A DNA stretch of 64,000 bases from an uncultured Gammaproteobacteria bacterium. GTDB taxonomy: Bacteria; Pseudomonadota; Gammaproteobacteria; DRLM01. The notes beneath the pieces were generated by a model that was not told the DNA's origin, made no database searches, and saw nothing but the letters and a program-made list of their open reading frames with translations. Shown here piece after piece: positions 10,769 to 21,054 of this stretch; position 1 is the first letter of the stretch, and each line of letters starts with the position of its first letter. The DNA lies in contig CAVSNY010000006.1 of NCBI GenBank assembly GCA_963729605.1, positions 64,001 to 128,000 on the forward strand, given 5' to 3'. A program made the position numbers and the translations under genes.

Positions 10769-11308
10769 ATGCGCATATACAAGCTCATCGGTTTCATCGT
10801 GTTGTTGAGCACGTCGTCGCTCGCGAGTCATGCCTCGTCGGTGGCCGGCGCTTACGCGGCCATGGGTATCACACCGACCGAGACTCCGCGGCCGGCGCCC
10901 AGTTTCGTTTTGACCGATCTCAATGGCATTGAAACACGCTTGGCTGATTTGAAAGGCAAACTGATCTTGCTCAACTTCTGGGCGACTTGGTGCGAGCCCT
11001 GCCGCAAAGAAATGCCGGATCTGGAAAGGCTGTGGCAAACATACCGGCATAAAGGATTGGTGGTGTTGGCGGTATCCGAGGACGGCGGCGATACCCGATC
11101 GGTGACCCGTTTCGTCGCCAAGCACCGGCTGAGTTATACCGTGTCAGTGGATCGTGACGGCGAGCTGGCGACCCGCTACCAGGTATCCGGTTTGCCGGCG
11201 ACCTACTTGATCGACCGGCAGGGCAACATCGTCGCCAGCGTACTGGGCAGCAAGGATTGGGCCGGCGCCGAGGCCGGCGCGCTGATCGAACATCTCCTGG
11301 AGAAATGA
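10769..11308 (+). CDS. TlpA/ResA family thiol-disulfide oxidoreductase
   Basis: Signal peptide, LLNFWATWCEPC, GLPATYLIDRQG. Confidence 0.92.
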   Translation: MRIYKLIGFIVLLSTSSLASHASSVAGAYAAMGITPTETPRPAPSFVLTDLNGIETRLADLKGKLILLNFWATWCEPCRKEMPDLERLWQTYRHKGLVVLAVSEDGGDTRSVTRFVAKHRLSYTVSVDRDGELATRYQVSGLPATYLIDRQGNIVASVLGSKDWAGAEAGALIEHLLEK

Positions 11309-11410
11309 CCATAGGCGGTCGCGAGGCATAGCGCCGCATTGCCGCATCTGTCGGACCGCGCGGGAATCACGCCCTTGAAACAGGGCTCGAATAAACGCTC
11401 TATCGATACC

Positions 11411-12349
11411 TTACTGCGCTATGTTCGCCGGCAGTTCGCCCAAACCCTGGGAATGGATATGGAGCGACGCGGCGATATTGTCCAACACCTTCTGACGTTC
11501 AGCGATATCGCTGGTGAGTAACGTGACATTTACGTCCTGCATCCAGTCGCCGTAGGCGATGCCGACGGCGATGTATACCTCGCGCAGATCGGCATTGACG
11601 TCCAAAGGCCGATCGAAATCCAGCGTCCGCGCCGCCGGTTCGTTTAAGGCGTTATCATCGACATCGACTTTGACGCGGCGGGTACATTCGCCAACGCCAT
11701 CAACCTCGGCGCAATAATCGGCCTTGATCGAAAAGATTTTACCGGCGAGATCCGGCACTTCGGGCGAAGTGATAGGGTCATCGTTCGAAGCGGCGGCGAA
11801 GGCCGGCTTACCGTAGGCATCGCCCGCCAAGCGCACCAGCGATACCCGTAATCCACAGTAGCGGCCCGGCGCCACGGCGAGGTCGCCCAGCGGCAGGATG
11901 AATCCGTCCTGGGTGACGATGTCGATCACATTCGGTTTGTCCAAGGAGCGCCCACCCACCGGTTCGGCGCCGTGTCCGGCGTGCGCCTCCGCCGTGCCGA
12001 TCAACGTGTCGACCATGCGACGCGGCAATTGCACCAGGCTCGTACACGGCACCAATTCCAACCGGTCAAGCACCAGGTAGGCACGATACAGCGAAAGGAA
12101 CCGGCCGTTTTCATCGCGTATATCGTGGTGTTCAAGCTGGGTCTGATCATAGCCGCCCTGTACCGCCGCGCTGTTTTGCACGCCGGTCGAATCGAGCGGT
12201 ACGCCGCCCGGTTCGGTTTCGCCATGTACCTCGGCGAGATGGAGGACCAAACCGGATTGCATGCCCTCTTCATCACCGCCCGGACAGCCGGCCAGTGCGA
12301 GCACGGTGATGAACATCACGAGATAGCCGCTACGGCGATTAAAAGTCAT
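11411..12349 (-). CDS. hypothetical lipoprotein with His motif (AHAGH)
   Basis: Lipobox LAGC; ATG 12349 overlaps the stop of the upstream barrel gene; four further Cys. Confidence 0.7.
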   Translation of the reverse strand: MTFNRRSGYLVMFITVLALAGCPGGDEEGMQSGLVLHLAEVHGETEPGGVPLDSTGVQNSAAVQGGYDQTQLEHHDIRDENGRFLSLYRAYLVLDRLELVPCTSLVQLPRRMVDTLIGTAEAHAGHGAEPVGGRSLDKPNVIDIVTQDGFILPLGDLAVAPGRYCGLRVSLVRLAGDAYGKPAFAAASNDDPITSPEVPDLAGKIFSIKADYCAEVDGVGECTRRVKVDVDDNALNEPAARTLDFDRPLDVNADLREVYIAVGIAYGDWMQDVNVTLLTSDIAERQKVLDNIAASLHIHSQGLGELPANIAQ

Positions 12350-13232
12350 AAGCCACCCCAACCCGTAAAATAGACTCTTCTTCCTGCCGGCCATGGAGAT
12401 TTTCGATGGCGGGAATCTGATAACTCGCGTTGAAAACCAAATCCTCGACCGGTGTCCAGGCGATGCCCGGGCTCGCCATGACCAGCACGCCGCCGGAATC
12501 GGCATCAGTCACACCGTCATATTGGTCCTGCTCTTTCCAACGGCCGTCCAGGCTGAATTGCAAAGCGAAGCGCTGATGCAGTGCATATTGGGTATGGCCG
12601 GTGAGCAAGATTACGTCGCCGGCCCGATAACCTTGATAACCGTCGCTCACCGCGTGTTGGACGACCGCGCTCGTGTAAAAAAACCACGGCATCCGATAAT
12701 GGCCATACCAGGCGCCGACACTCGGGATGGTCGCACCCGCGCCCGGTTGCGCGTCGAAATCTATCGGTTCACCATGGCTCCGCTGCTCGGAAGAAGTCGG
12801 CAAACGCACGCCGAACTGCATGCCCCAGAGATTCCGCACCGGAAATCCCCCGCCCCCGCCGATGAACCAGCGCGCGGACAGATCGAGATCGCCGACGCCG
12901 CTCGCCTGCTCGCGCGAGAGATCGTAGCGCCGCACCTCCTTGGTGACCAGCGGCAGGCTGGCGGCGATCATCCAGGTTTTGCTCGGCGCATAGCTGAAAC
13001 TGTAGGTGAGACGCCGCTCGTCGATGACGTGCTCGCTGACCGCGGGCTCACCGACTTTTTCACTGCGTTCGAGATACTCCACGCTCGCGCGCATACGGCC
13101 GGCGAAGGGTTTTTCAGTACCCATGGTGGTGATGGTTGGATCGCCGCAAAGGCAGGTTGCACAAGCAAGAACCGCTTGCGTCTGCAACAAGGCGCTCGCG
13201 GCTAAGCCGATAACGATAAAACGACGCGGCAT
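12339..13232 (-). CDS. outer-membrane beta-barrel transporter (MetA/SphA-like) with N-terminal CxxCxC
   Basis: Signal peptide ending AVLA, then CATCLCG; SGVGDLDL, GVRLPT, QPGAG; C-terminal VGVAYDF barrel signal. Confidence 0.75.
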   Translation of the reverse strand: MPRRFIVIGLAASALLQTQAVLACATCLCGDPTITTMGTEKPFAGRMRASVEYLERSEKVGEPAVSEHVIDERRLTYSFSYAPSKTWMIAASLPLVTKEVRRYDLSREQASGVGDLDLSARWFIGGGGGFPVRNLWGMQFGVRLPTSSEQRSHGEPIDFDAQPGAGATIPSVGAWYGHYRMPWFFYTSAVVQHAVSDGYQGYRAGDVILLTGHTQYALHQRFALQFSLDGRWKEQDQYDGVTDADSGGVLVMASPGIAWTPVEDLVFNASYQIPAIENLHGRQEEESILRVGVAYDF

Positions 13233-13517
13233 AACATTCGCCTGATTTTTATTGATGACCCCGATTAAGCGTGACCCGCGGCCTCGTTTATCTCCACCGA
13301 GATACGTCGTGCCACCCCATCGGATGATGGCGCGCATTATCGTCGCGCCCGCCGCTCTTGAGAATGCGACATGTTGTCGCAGCGCGAGCTGAATATCATT
13401 ATTCTCGGCGATTTTCCGCCGATTGATGTCGGGTTGCGACAACATGTCGCATTCCCAGCGTGACTGCGCTTGAATACGCTGCTGGGCTCCATAACTAACC
13501 TAGAAGGGGTAAACCAG

Positions 13518-14177
13518 ATGAAATTTCCGATCGCGTTCATTCCTGCGGTGGCGCTACTGTTGGCAGGCACGCAGTCTGCCGAGGCCCACGTAACTTTCGT
13601 CGCGAACAATGCTTATGCCGGCAAGAGTTATATCGCCACCGCCAATATTCCCCACGGTTGCACCGATCTCAACGGTACCGCATATGATACCGTCAAGATC
13701 GAAATCAACATCCCCGCGGGTTTTACCGGCACGCGGCCACAAGATTCGACGTTCGGCCCCGCCGTTATCGAGAAAGACGCCAACGGCAACGTCAGCAAAT
13801 TGATATGGACCAAAACGGCGGCGGCCCTAGCGGAAGACAGCCATTTTTATCAGGTCAGCTTCAGAGGCACTTTGCCGAACACGCCGCTGCAATCGCTGGA
13901 TTTCGTCACCACCCAGACCTGCGGCGGCAACACCACCAAAATCTGGGAAGGCGCCGACGTACCCAAACTCCGCATTCTGCCCGCACGCGCCGCGGGTTGG
14001 AATAAATACACCGCCCAGACCACGATCGACGAGGCCACCATCAAAGCGTTCTTCGCCGATGCCCACATCGTCTGGTCCAACGGCGCCTCTTACAGCGCCA
14101 ACGCCGTGACCGCGGGCCTGATCACCAATAAATTGACCACGATCCCGCTCGGCGCGGAATTCTGGGTCAAATATTGA
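13518..14177 (+). CDS. YcnI/DUF1775 family copper-binding protein
   Basis: Signal AEA|HVT (N-terminal His), IPHGC, I.IP.G, F.TTQTC..W pattern. Confidence 0.75.
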   Translation: MKFPIAFIPAVALLLAGTQSAEAHVTFVANNAYAGKSYIATANIPHGCTDLNGTAYDTVKIEINIPAGFTGTRPQDSTFGPAVIEKDANGNVSKLIWTKTAAALAEDSHFYQVSFRGTLPNTPLQSLDFVTTQTCGGNTTKIWEGADVPKLRILPARAAGWNKYTAQTTIDEATIKAFFADAHIVWSNGASYSANAVTAGLITNKLTTIPLGAEFWVKY

Positions 14178-14193
14178 TCGTAAGGAGACAGTC

Positions 14194-14427
14194 ATGACTC
14201 GAATCCTTTTGAGCGCCTTGTTTGGCGTGGTGCTGACGGCGTGTAATAGTTCGCAGGATGCAGCGTCCGGCGACAACAATGTCCCGAGCGGGACCGGCAA
14301 CAACGGCAATCCAACCACGTCCGACCCCACCGGTTTCAATCCAACCGCCTTCGATCCCACCGCCATGATTTTGGACACACCTCCCACCGACGGCAAGTTA
14401 CCCGCCGAACTGGCGCCTCCTGTCTGA
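14194..14427 (+). CDS. small lipoprotein with Pro/Thr repeats
   Basis: SD AAGGAG; lipobox LTAC; DPTG/NPTA/DPTA repeats; ends DGKLPAELAPPV. Confidence 0.7.
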   Translation: MTRILLSALFGVVLTACNSSQDAASGDNNVPSGTGNNGNPTTSDPTGFNPTAFDPTAMILDTPPTDGKLPAELAPPV

Positions 14428-14435
14428 CCGGCGCA

Positions 14436-14464
14436 GGTGGACTCAAGATGGACTTGAGTCCACC
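14436..14464 (+). terminator. 12-bp perfect hairpin after the lipoprotein gene (terminator or REP-like)
   Basis: GGTGGACTCAAG-ATGGA-CTTGAGTCCACC; no poly-T tail. Confidence 0.5.
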
Positions 14465-14712
14465 CCTTCCACCGCGGCTTCATATTGCTCGCGCCCGCAA
14501 ACCTAACCTCAAGGAAATCGCGTATCCGGACTTCACAGCCGTATACACTTTAGCAATACCGATATCGCAACGGCTTTTTAAGCAGACCGTTTTGCCGGAC
14601 TTTACCGGACTGGCGTCACCGATGTACTTCAAGCGGCGTTACGTAGTATCTTCCGATCATTCGTCCGTTGCCTCTTGACTCGTGAACCGGTTAATTTTTT
14701 TCGCTGAACAGT

Positions 14713-16332
14713 GTGAGTGATCCATCCCAAAAAATCTCCGCCGCCATCGCCTGGGCGCCGCTGCGCAATCCGGTGTACCGGATGTTGTGGCTGGCCTCGC
14801 TGGTCTCCAACATCGGCTCGTGGATGCATGAGGTCGGTGCCGGCTGGTTGATGACATCGCTGGCGCCCACGCCGCTGATGGTGGCGCTGGTGCAAGCCGC
14901 CACCACCGCGCCGGTGTTCCTGTTGGCGCTGCCGGCGGGGGCGCTGGCCGACATCATCGACCGGCGGCGGTACTTGATCGTCACCCAGATTTGGATGATG
15001 ACCACCGCGACGCTGCTGGGCGGCTTGACGCTGGCCGGCTTGACGACCGCGCCGCTGTTATTGTTATTTACCTTCGCCCTCGGCATGGGCACCGCGATGA
15101 TGATGCCGGCCTGGGGCGCGGTCACGCCGGAGTTAGTGCCGCGCGCCGAGCTGCATGCGGCCATCAGCCTCAACACCATCGGCATGAATATCGCGCGCAC
15201 CATCGGTCCGGCGTTGGCGGGTTTGATCGTCGCGGCGGCCGGGCCGGGCGCGGTTTTCGTACTCAATCCCCTGTCGTTTCTTGCGGTGATCTTCGCGCTG
15301 AAGAGCTGGCGGCGCGCGCCGCGGCAAAGCGAGTTGCCCGCCGAACGGTTGTTCGGCGCGGTGCGCGCCGGCCTGCGTTACGCGCGGCATTCCATCGAAC
15401 TGCGGGCGGTGTTGTGCCGTGGCGCCGGTTTTTTTGTCTTCGCGAGCGCCTCCTGGGCCTTGCTACCGCTGATCGTACGCCAGGAACTCAACAGCGGTCC
15501 CGGCACCTACGGATTGTTTCTGGCGTGCATGGGTATCGGTGCCATCGCCGGCGCGCTGCTGCTGCCGCAAGTGCACGGCCGGCTGTCGCGGGACCACCTG
15601 GTGGCCGGGGCCACCCTACTCTATGCCCTGGCCATGCTGGCGCTCGCTCACAGCGGCCATGTGTACACAGCGGCGCTGGCCATGCTGTTGACGGGACTGG
15701 CCTGGATCAGCGTGGTATCGTCGCTGATGACCGCTACCCAGACCGCCCTGCCGGGCTGGGTGCGGGCGCGCGGCCTCGCGCTGTTCTGGGTGGTCTTCAT
15801 GGGCGGCATGGCGGCGGGCAGCGCCTTGTGGGGGCAGGTCGCTTCCTGGTTCGGCATCCCCGCGGCGCTGACCCTGGCCGCACTCGGCGCGGTGATCGGA
15901 ATGGCCGCGACCTGGCGCTTCCGCATCGGACTACACGACATCGCCGACCTTTCGCCGTCGCTGCACTGGCCTACCGCCACGACCGCCGACACCCTCGATA
16001 TGGATCGCGGCCCGGTGATGGTGACGGTGGAATACCGCATCGATCCGGCGCGAATCGGCGAGTTCAGCCGCATCATGCGGCAAATGCGCAGGGCCCGGCG
16101 ACGCGACGGCGCCTTCATGTGGGAACTGTTCAGCGATATCGAAGACCCCGGCCGCCAAGTAGAATGTTTCATGGTCGAATCGTGGATCGAACATTTGCGT
16201 CAGCACGAACGCGTCACGTTCGCCGATCGCGACATCAGCAACCGGGTGCGTACTTTTCACCTCGGTACCGAATCGCCCAAAGTGACTCATCTGGTCGCGA
16301 GCGGCTGGCCGCCGCGCGAATTCATTTCCTGA
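14713..16332 (+). CDS. MFS transporter (MFS_3/DUF894 type) with C-terminal soluble domain
   Basis: LWLASLVSNIGSWM, AGALADIIDRRR, about 12 TM helices, GPVMVTVEYRI...RRRDGA..W...EHLRQHER. Confidence 0.92.
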   Translation: MSDPSQKISAAIAWAPLRNPVYRMLWLASLVSNIGSWMHEVGAGWLMTSLAPTPLMVALVQAATTAPVFLLALPAGALADIIDRRRYLIVTQIWMMTTATLLGGLTLAGLTTAPLLLLFTFALGMGTAMMMPAWGAVTPELVPRAELHAAISLNTIGMNIARTIGPALAGLIVAAAGPGAVFVLNPLSFLAVIFALKSWRRAPRQSELPAERLFGAVRAGLRYARHSIELRAVLCRGAGFFVFASASWALLPLIVRQELNSGPGTYGLFLACMGIGAIAGALLLPQVHGRLSRDHLVAGATLLYALAMLALAHSGHVYTAALAMLLTGLAWISVVSSLMTATQTALPGWVRARGLALFWVVFMGGMAAGSALWGQVASWFGIPAALTLAALGAVIGMAATWRFRIGLHDIADLSPSLHWPTATTADTLDMDRGPVMVTVEYRIDPARIGEFSRIMRQMRRARRRDGAFMWELFSDIEDPGRQVECFMVESWIEHLRQHERVTFADRDISNRVRTFHLGTESPKVTHLVASGWPPREFIS

Positions 16333-16508
16333 TCATCGATAACGACCGGCGTCGCGCGCGGCGGTCAGACTCCCCGAATAAAATCCGTTTACAAGATCGA
16401 ATACTATAATCAACACAGCGGCGACGAAAACTGGTTTGAGTTCTGTTCGCCAGACCGCTATTGCGAATAAACCCGATTTGGTACGAAGCACGGCGAGAGG
16501 AGTAATAC

Positions 16509-18554
16509 ATGGCGATCCGGCTCCGCGTACTGCTGCTGGAAGATTCGGAGGACGACGCGGAATTGCTGCTGCGCCAGTTGCGGCGCGGCGGTTATGATCC
16601 CGTTTACACCCAGGTACAAACCGCCGAGGCGATGACGGCCGCATTGGCCGAGCACACTTGGGACATCGTCCTTTCCGACTATTCCATGCCCGGTTTCAGT
16701 GCGCCGGTCGCACTGGCCCTGCTGCAGAAAAGCGGAATAGACCTGCCCTTCATCATCGTATCCGGCACCGTCGGCGAAGATTTGGCGATAGCGGCCATGA
16801 AGTCCGGCGCCCATGATTTCATCATGAAAGGTCAATTGAAGCGATTGATACCCAGTATCGAGCTGCGTATGCGCGAAGCCGCCGCACGCCGGGAATATCA
16901 ACAGGCGCAGAAAAATTTGCGTTTGAGCGAAGAACGTTTCCGCCAGTTGGCCGAGAGTATCACCGAGGTGTTCTGGATGACCGATCCCGCCAAAAATGAA
17001 ATCCTCTATATCAGCCCCGGCTACGAGAAAATCTGGGGACGGACCTGTGAAGATTTGTATGCGAACCCCGCCGCGTGGATGGAAGCGATACATTCGGACG
17101 ATCGTGAAAGAGTCATGGGGGCGGCGAGGACCAAGCAGGTCTTGGGCAGTTACGATGAGGAATACCGGGTGATCCAGCCCGATGGCACGCTGCGCTGGAT
17201 CCGCGACCGCGCCTTTCCCATCAAGGACGAAACCGGACGGGTCTACCGGGTCACCGGTATCGCCCAAGACATCACCGACCGCAAGCTCGCGGAAGACCAA
17301 CTGCGTAATGCCAAGGAGTTTTCCGAGACCCTGATTCAAACCGCCAATGTGATCATTCTCGGCCTGGACATCGACGGCAACATCGACATCTTCAACGAGA
17401 CCGCCGAAAAGATCACCGGTTATACCCTCGCGGAATTGAAACACAAAAATTGGTTTGAGATTCTCACCCCCAAGGAACGTTATCCGCGGGTTTGGGAAGA
17501 ATTCAGCCGCCTCACCAGCGGTGGCATACCCCAGGTCTTCGAGAATCCCATCCTCACCAAAACCGGCGAAGAACGCCACATCATGTGGCAGAACAACCAA
17601 GTGAGAGCCAACAACGAAATCATCGCCACCATCTCCTTCGGCAACGACATCACCGAGCGCAAGCAGGCGCAGGAAGAATTACAACGCCGGCATGAGGAAC
17701 TCATGGCCACCAACCGCCGCCTCGAAGAGGTCAACAATCAATTATTGCAGGCCGAAAAGATGGCCGCCATCGGCCAAATGGCCGCCGGGGTCGCCCATGA
17801 AATCAACAATCCGGTGGGTTACGTCCGCTCCAACCTGGACACCTTGCAGAATTATGTCAGCCAGCTGCTGCGGATAGTGGACGCCTATACCGAAACGGAA
17901 GGCATGCTGAACACCCACCGGTCGCTATTCGAACCCATCCACCGTCTGAAGGAGAGCATCGAGCTGGACTATCTCAAGAACGACGTCGTGGAATTGCTAA
18001 AAGAATCCAAGGAAGGGGTAAACCGGGTACAACAGATCGTGAGGGATCTCAAAAGTTTTTCCCACGTCGACGAGGAGGATTGGCTGTGGAGCGATTTGCA
18101 CGATGGTTTGAACAGCACCTTGAACGTCGCCCACCACGAACTCAAGTACAAGGCGCAAGTGATCAAGGAATACGGCGATATCCCGCAGATTCAATGCCGC
18201 CTGTCCCAGCTCAACCAGGTCTTCATGAATCTCCTGATGAACGCGGCCCATGCCATCAACGACCGCGGCACCATCTGGATACGCACCGGGGCCGACGCCG
18301 ATTGGGTATGGGTGGAAATCGAAGACAGCGGCAAGGGGATAGCGCCTGAAAATCTGAGCCGGATCTTCGACCCGTTCTTCACCACCAAACCGGTGGGCAA
18401 GGGTACCGGACTCGGGCTCTCGCTTTCTTACGGCATCGTCGCCAAACACCACGGACGGATCGAGGTCGATAGCCAACCGGGCAAGGGCGCGCGGTTCCGG
18501 ATCTGGTTGCCGCAGCGCCATCACGACCCTGAGCAAGAAATCACGCCGATTTAG
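16509..18554 (+). CDS. REC-PAS-PAS histidine kinase
   Basis: [14 protein letters not shown] receiver, two PAS/PAC domains, [29 protein letters not shown]. Confidence 0.93.
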   Translation: MAIRLRVLLLEDSEDDAELLLRQLRRGGYDPVYTQVQTAEAMTAALAEHTWDIVLSDYSMPGFSAPVALALLQKSGIDLPFIIVSGTVGEDLAIAAMKSGAHDFIMKGQLKRLIPSIELRMREAAARREYQQAQKNLRLSEERFRQLAESITEVFWMTDPAKNEILYISPGYEKIWGRTCEDLYANPAAWMEAIHSDDRERVMGAARTKQVLGSYDEEYRVIQPDGTLRWIRDRAFPIKDETGRVYRVTGIAQDITDRKLAEDQLRNAKEFSETLIQTANVIILGLDIDGNIDIFNETAEKITGYTLAELKHKNWFEILTPKERYPRVWEEFSRLTSGGIPQVFENPILTKTGEERHIMWQNNQVRANNEIIATISFGNDITERKQAQEELQRRHEELMATNRRLEEVNNQLLQAEKMAAIGQMAAGVAHEINNPVGYVRSNLDTLQNYVSQLLRIVDAYTETEGMLNTHRSLFEPIHRLKESIELDYLKNDVVELLKESKEGVNRVQQIVRDLKSFSHVDEEDWLWSDLHDGLNSTLNVAHHELKYKAQVIKEYGDIPQIQCRLSQLNQVFMNLLMNAAHAINDRGTIWIRTGADADWVWVEIEDSGKGIAPENLSRIFDPFFTTKPVGKGTGLGLSLSYGIVAKHHGRIEVDSQPGKGARFRIWLPQRHHDPEQEITPI

Positions 18555-18783
18555 TGATTTTGCCCGACTCTCGCGCCGCGCGGCGGCGATCCGCCGTCCC
18601 TCATGTCATTCCGGCGCCTATTTCCGGCAACTATTCCCGCTCACCGCGATAAAGCGGACCCGCGTCCGCTACCCAAGCGGCGCGGGAATCGGTACCATAC
18701 CCCGCCGCCATGGCGCGGGCGGGACTCTCTATAAACTATATAAACAAACGCGCGCGGCCTCGGCGACATCGACAACTCGACTC

Positions 18784-19485
18784 ATGTGGAAACGCTTTCT
18801 TCGCTTCTTAAAAATCCCGGTGCTGATCCTGGCGGCGGCCTTCGTCGGCTACGAACTGTGGGTCGCGGCCTGCGTGGCCTGGTGGGTCAAACACAATCCG
18901 CAGTCCAGCGCCTTCATGGAAGACCGGCACGCGGTGTTGCGCGAGAAAAATCCGCGGGCCGAACTCAAACAGCGCTGGGTGCCTTACGCACGAATCTCGC
19001 CCCACCTCAAACGGGCGGTGATCGCCTCCGAAGACGCGACCTTTACCCAACACGGCGGTTTCGATTGGCAAGCGCTGGAGAAAGCCTTGAATAAAAACTT
19101 AAAGAAAGGCCGCATCGTCGTCGGCGGGTCCACGGTCAGCCAGCAGCTCGCGAAAAATTTATTCCTGTCCGGCAAACGGACCGTGTGGCGCAAGGCGCAG
19201 GAGGCGTATATCACCGTGCTGCTGGAGCTGATGATGGATAAGCGCCGCATCCTGGAAATCTATCTGAACATCATCGAATGGGGCAACGGTATATTCGGCG
19301 CCGAGGCCGCCGCGCGGCATTATTTCGGCGTGGGCGCCGCCGCGCTTACGCCCCGGCAGGCCGCCCGCCTGGCGGCGATGATCCCCAATCCCCGCTACTA
19401 CGACCGCCATCGCCAAACCCGATATTTGCAGTACCGCACCACGGTCATCCTGGCCCGCATGCCCGGCGCCGCGATTCCACGGTAA
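18784..19485 (+). CDS. mtgA: monofunctional peptidoglycan transglycosylase
   Basis: ASEDATF..H.GFD, GGSTVSQQLAKNLFL, RKAQE, KRRILEIYLN.IEWG.GIFG. Confidence 0.95.
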   Translation: MWKRFLRFLKIPVLILAAAFVGYELWVAACVAWWVKHNPQSSAFMEDRHAVLREKNPRAELKQRWVPYARISPHLKRAVIASEDATFTQHGGFDWQALEKALNKNLKKGRIVVGGSTVSQQLAKNLFLSGKRTVWRKAQEAYITVLLELMMDKRRILEIYLNIIEWGNGIFGAEAAARHYFGVGAAALTPRQAARLAAMIPNPRYYDRHRQTRYLQYRTTVILARMPGAAIPR

Positions 19486-19502
19486 ACCGGCCGGCGAATG
19501 GT

Positions 19503-19736
19503 TTACCGGCTTTGCCGCGCCAGCGCCTGATCGCGCTGGCGCGCGGAATCCAGCAAGACCGCCTCGACCCCTTTGCTCTTGTCCAAGGCCTGCGTTTGTT
19601 GAGTCCATACATGCTCGGGCGATTTTTTCTCGGCCACGGGATTGGCATGTTCGGCGGCGGGCGCGCTGCCGCGCTGGGAACAGGCCGCGCCGGCGGCCAC
19701 GCTCAAGATCAACACACTCATTTTTATTTTATGCAT
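19503..19736 (-). CDS. small hypothetical lipoprotein
   Basis: MHKIKMSVLILSVAAGAAC lipobox; HVWTQQTQALDKSKGVE. Confidence 0.65.
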   Translation of the reverse strand: MHKIKMSVLILSVAAGAACSQRGSAPAAEHANPVAEKKSPEHVWTQQTQALDKSKGVEAVLLDSARQRDQALARQSR

Positions 19737-19887
19737 CGTTGTCTTCTCCAACCGGTCAACCGTCATGCGCGGCGCTCCCGCGCAAAAAACTATCGCCCAC
19801 TCGCTATCGGCCCCATCGCTCATCCCCTAAACCGGGCGCAGCGGGTACACTAAGCGGATGCTCAACATCCATCGACTCTAGCGCGGC

Positions 19888-20976
19888 ATGAAGACCTCCG
19901 ACTCCAATCCCGCCCTGCCCCTGCTGGGGCTGGTGATCCTGGTTGCGATCATCGCCGCCCTGTTGCTCGGCAAGGGCCGGTCCGACACCGACCCCGTCGT
20001 CGAACAAGAGGGCTGGCGCGCCACCACGCCGTTTCAGATCCCGCGCCGCGCCCTGGCCGCGGCGGCCACCACCAGCCACGTCTACGTCATCGGCGGCATG
20101 GACGACGAGGACCGCTACGTGGCGGAAGTGGAATACGCGCCCATCCTCGCCGACGGGCGGCTGGGTCCTTGGCGCTACACGGAACCGCTGGGCGAACCGC
20201 GTTTTTATCTCGCGGCGGCGGTGCACAACGGTTATCTCTACGCCATCGGCGGGGCCAACGGCGAACGCGGCAAAGACAACATCCCCAGCGCCACGGTCGA
20301 ACAGGCCCGTATCCTGCCCGACGGCAGCCTCGGTCCCTGGCGGCGCGCGGCCTATCTCACCACACCGCGGCGCGGCCTGCAGGCCGTGGCCTACGGCGAT
20401 CGGCTCTACGCCATCGGCGGCTACAACGGCGCCTTTCTCAAATCCACGGAACACACGCGAATCACCGCCGACGGCGGGCTGATGGAATGGCGGTTGGACC
20501 CGCAGCAAGCGGTAGTGGATCGCTACATCCACTCCGCCACGCATTACGGCGACAAACTCTATTTGCTCGGCGGCCACGTGCAGGGCGCGGATACCATGAG
20601 TTATGGCGATGTGGAGATGAGTTCGCTTAACGCGGACGGCGGACTTTCGCCTTGGCAAATACAAAAATCCATCTTGCGGACGCCGCGTTTCATCGCCTCC
20701 GCCTTCGCCATGAACGGTTACATCTATATGCTGGGCGGCCACGACGGCGGCAACCGTTTGCAGGGCGTGGAGTTCGCGCAATTGGACGCGCGCGGCGGCG
20801 TGGGCGCATGGTCGCCGGCGGCGCCGCTCATCGAGGGCCGCAGCGCGACCGCGCTGGCGACGAATGGCGATCGGGTTTACGTGTTCGGCGGCATGGGGCG
20901 CACGGGCGCGCTCAACAGCGTGGAAATGGCCCGGCAGTTGAACCAGGGCCGTTTGGGTCACCGGCGCGGCGAGTAA
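19888..20976 (+). CDS. membrane-anchored Kelch-repeat beta-propeller
   Basis: N-terminal TM; six Kelch repeats (YVIGG, YAIGG, YAIGG, YLLGG, YMLGG, YVFGG). Confidence 0.85.
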   Translation: MKTSDSNPALPLLGLVILVAIIAALLLGKGRSDTDPVVEQEGWRATTPFQIPRRALAAAATTSHVYVIGGMDDEDRYVAEVEYAPILADGRLGPWRYTEPLGEPRFYLAAAVHNGYLYAIGGANGERGKDNIPSATVEQARILPDGSLGPWRRAAYLTTPRRGLQAVAYGDRLYAIGGYNGAFLKSTEHTRITADGGLMEWRLDPQQAVVDRYIHSATHYGDKLYLLGGHVQGADTMSYGDVEMSSLNADGGLSPWQIQKSILRTPRFIASAFAMNGYIYMLGGHDGGNRLQGVEFAQLDARGGVGAWSPAAPLIEGRSATALATNGDRVYVFGGMGRTGALNSVEMARQLNQGRLGHRRGE

Positions 20977-21054
20977 TTCCGCTTAGGAAGCGCATCATCG
21001 CTGTAATACGATGGAGGAATGCAGCACGCGCGCCCTGAATTTTCAGAGTACTTT

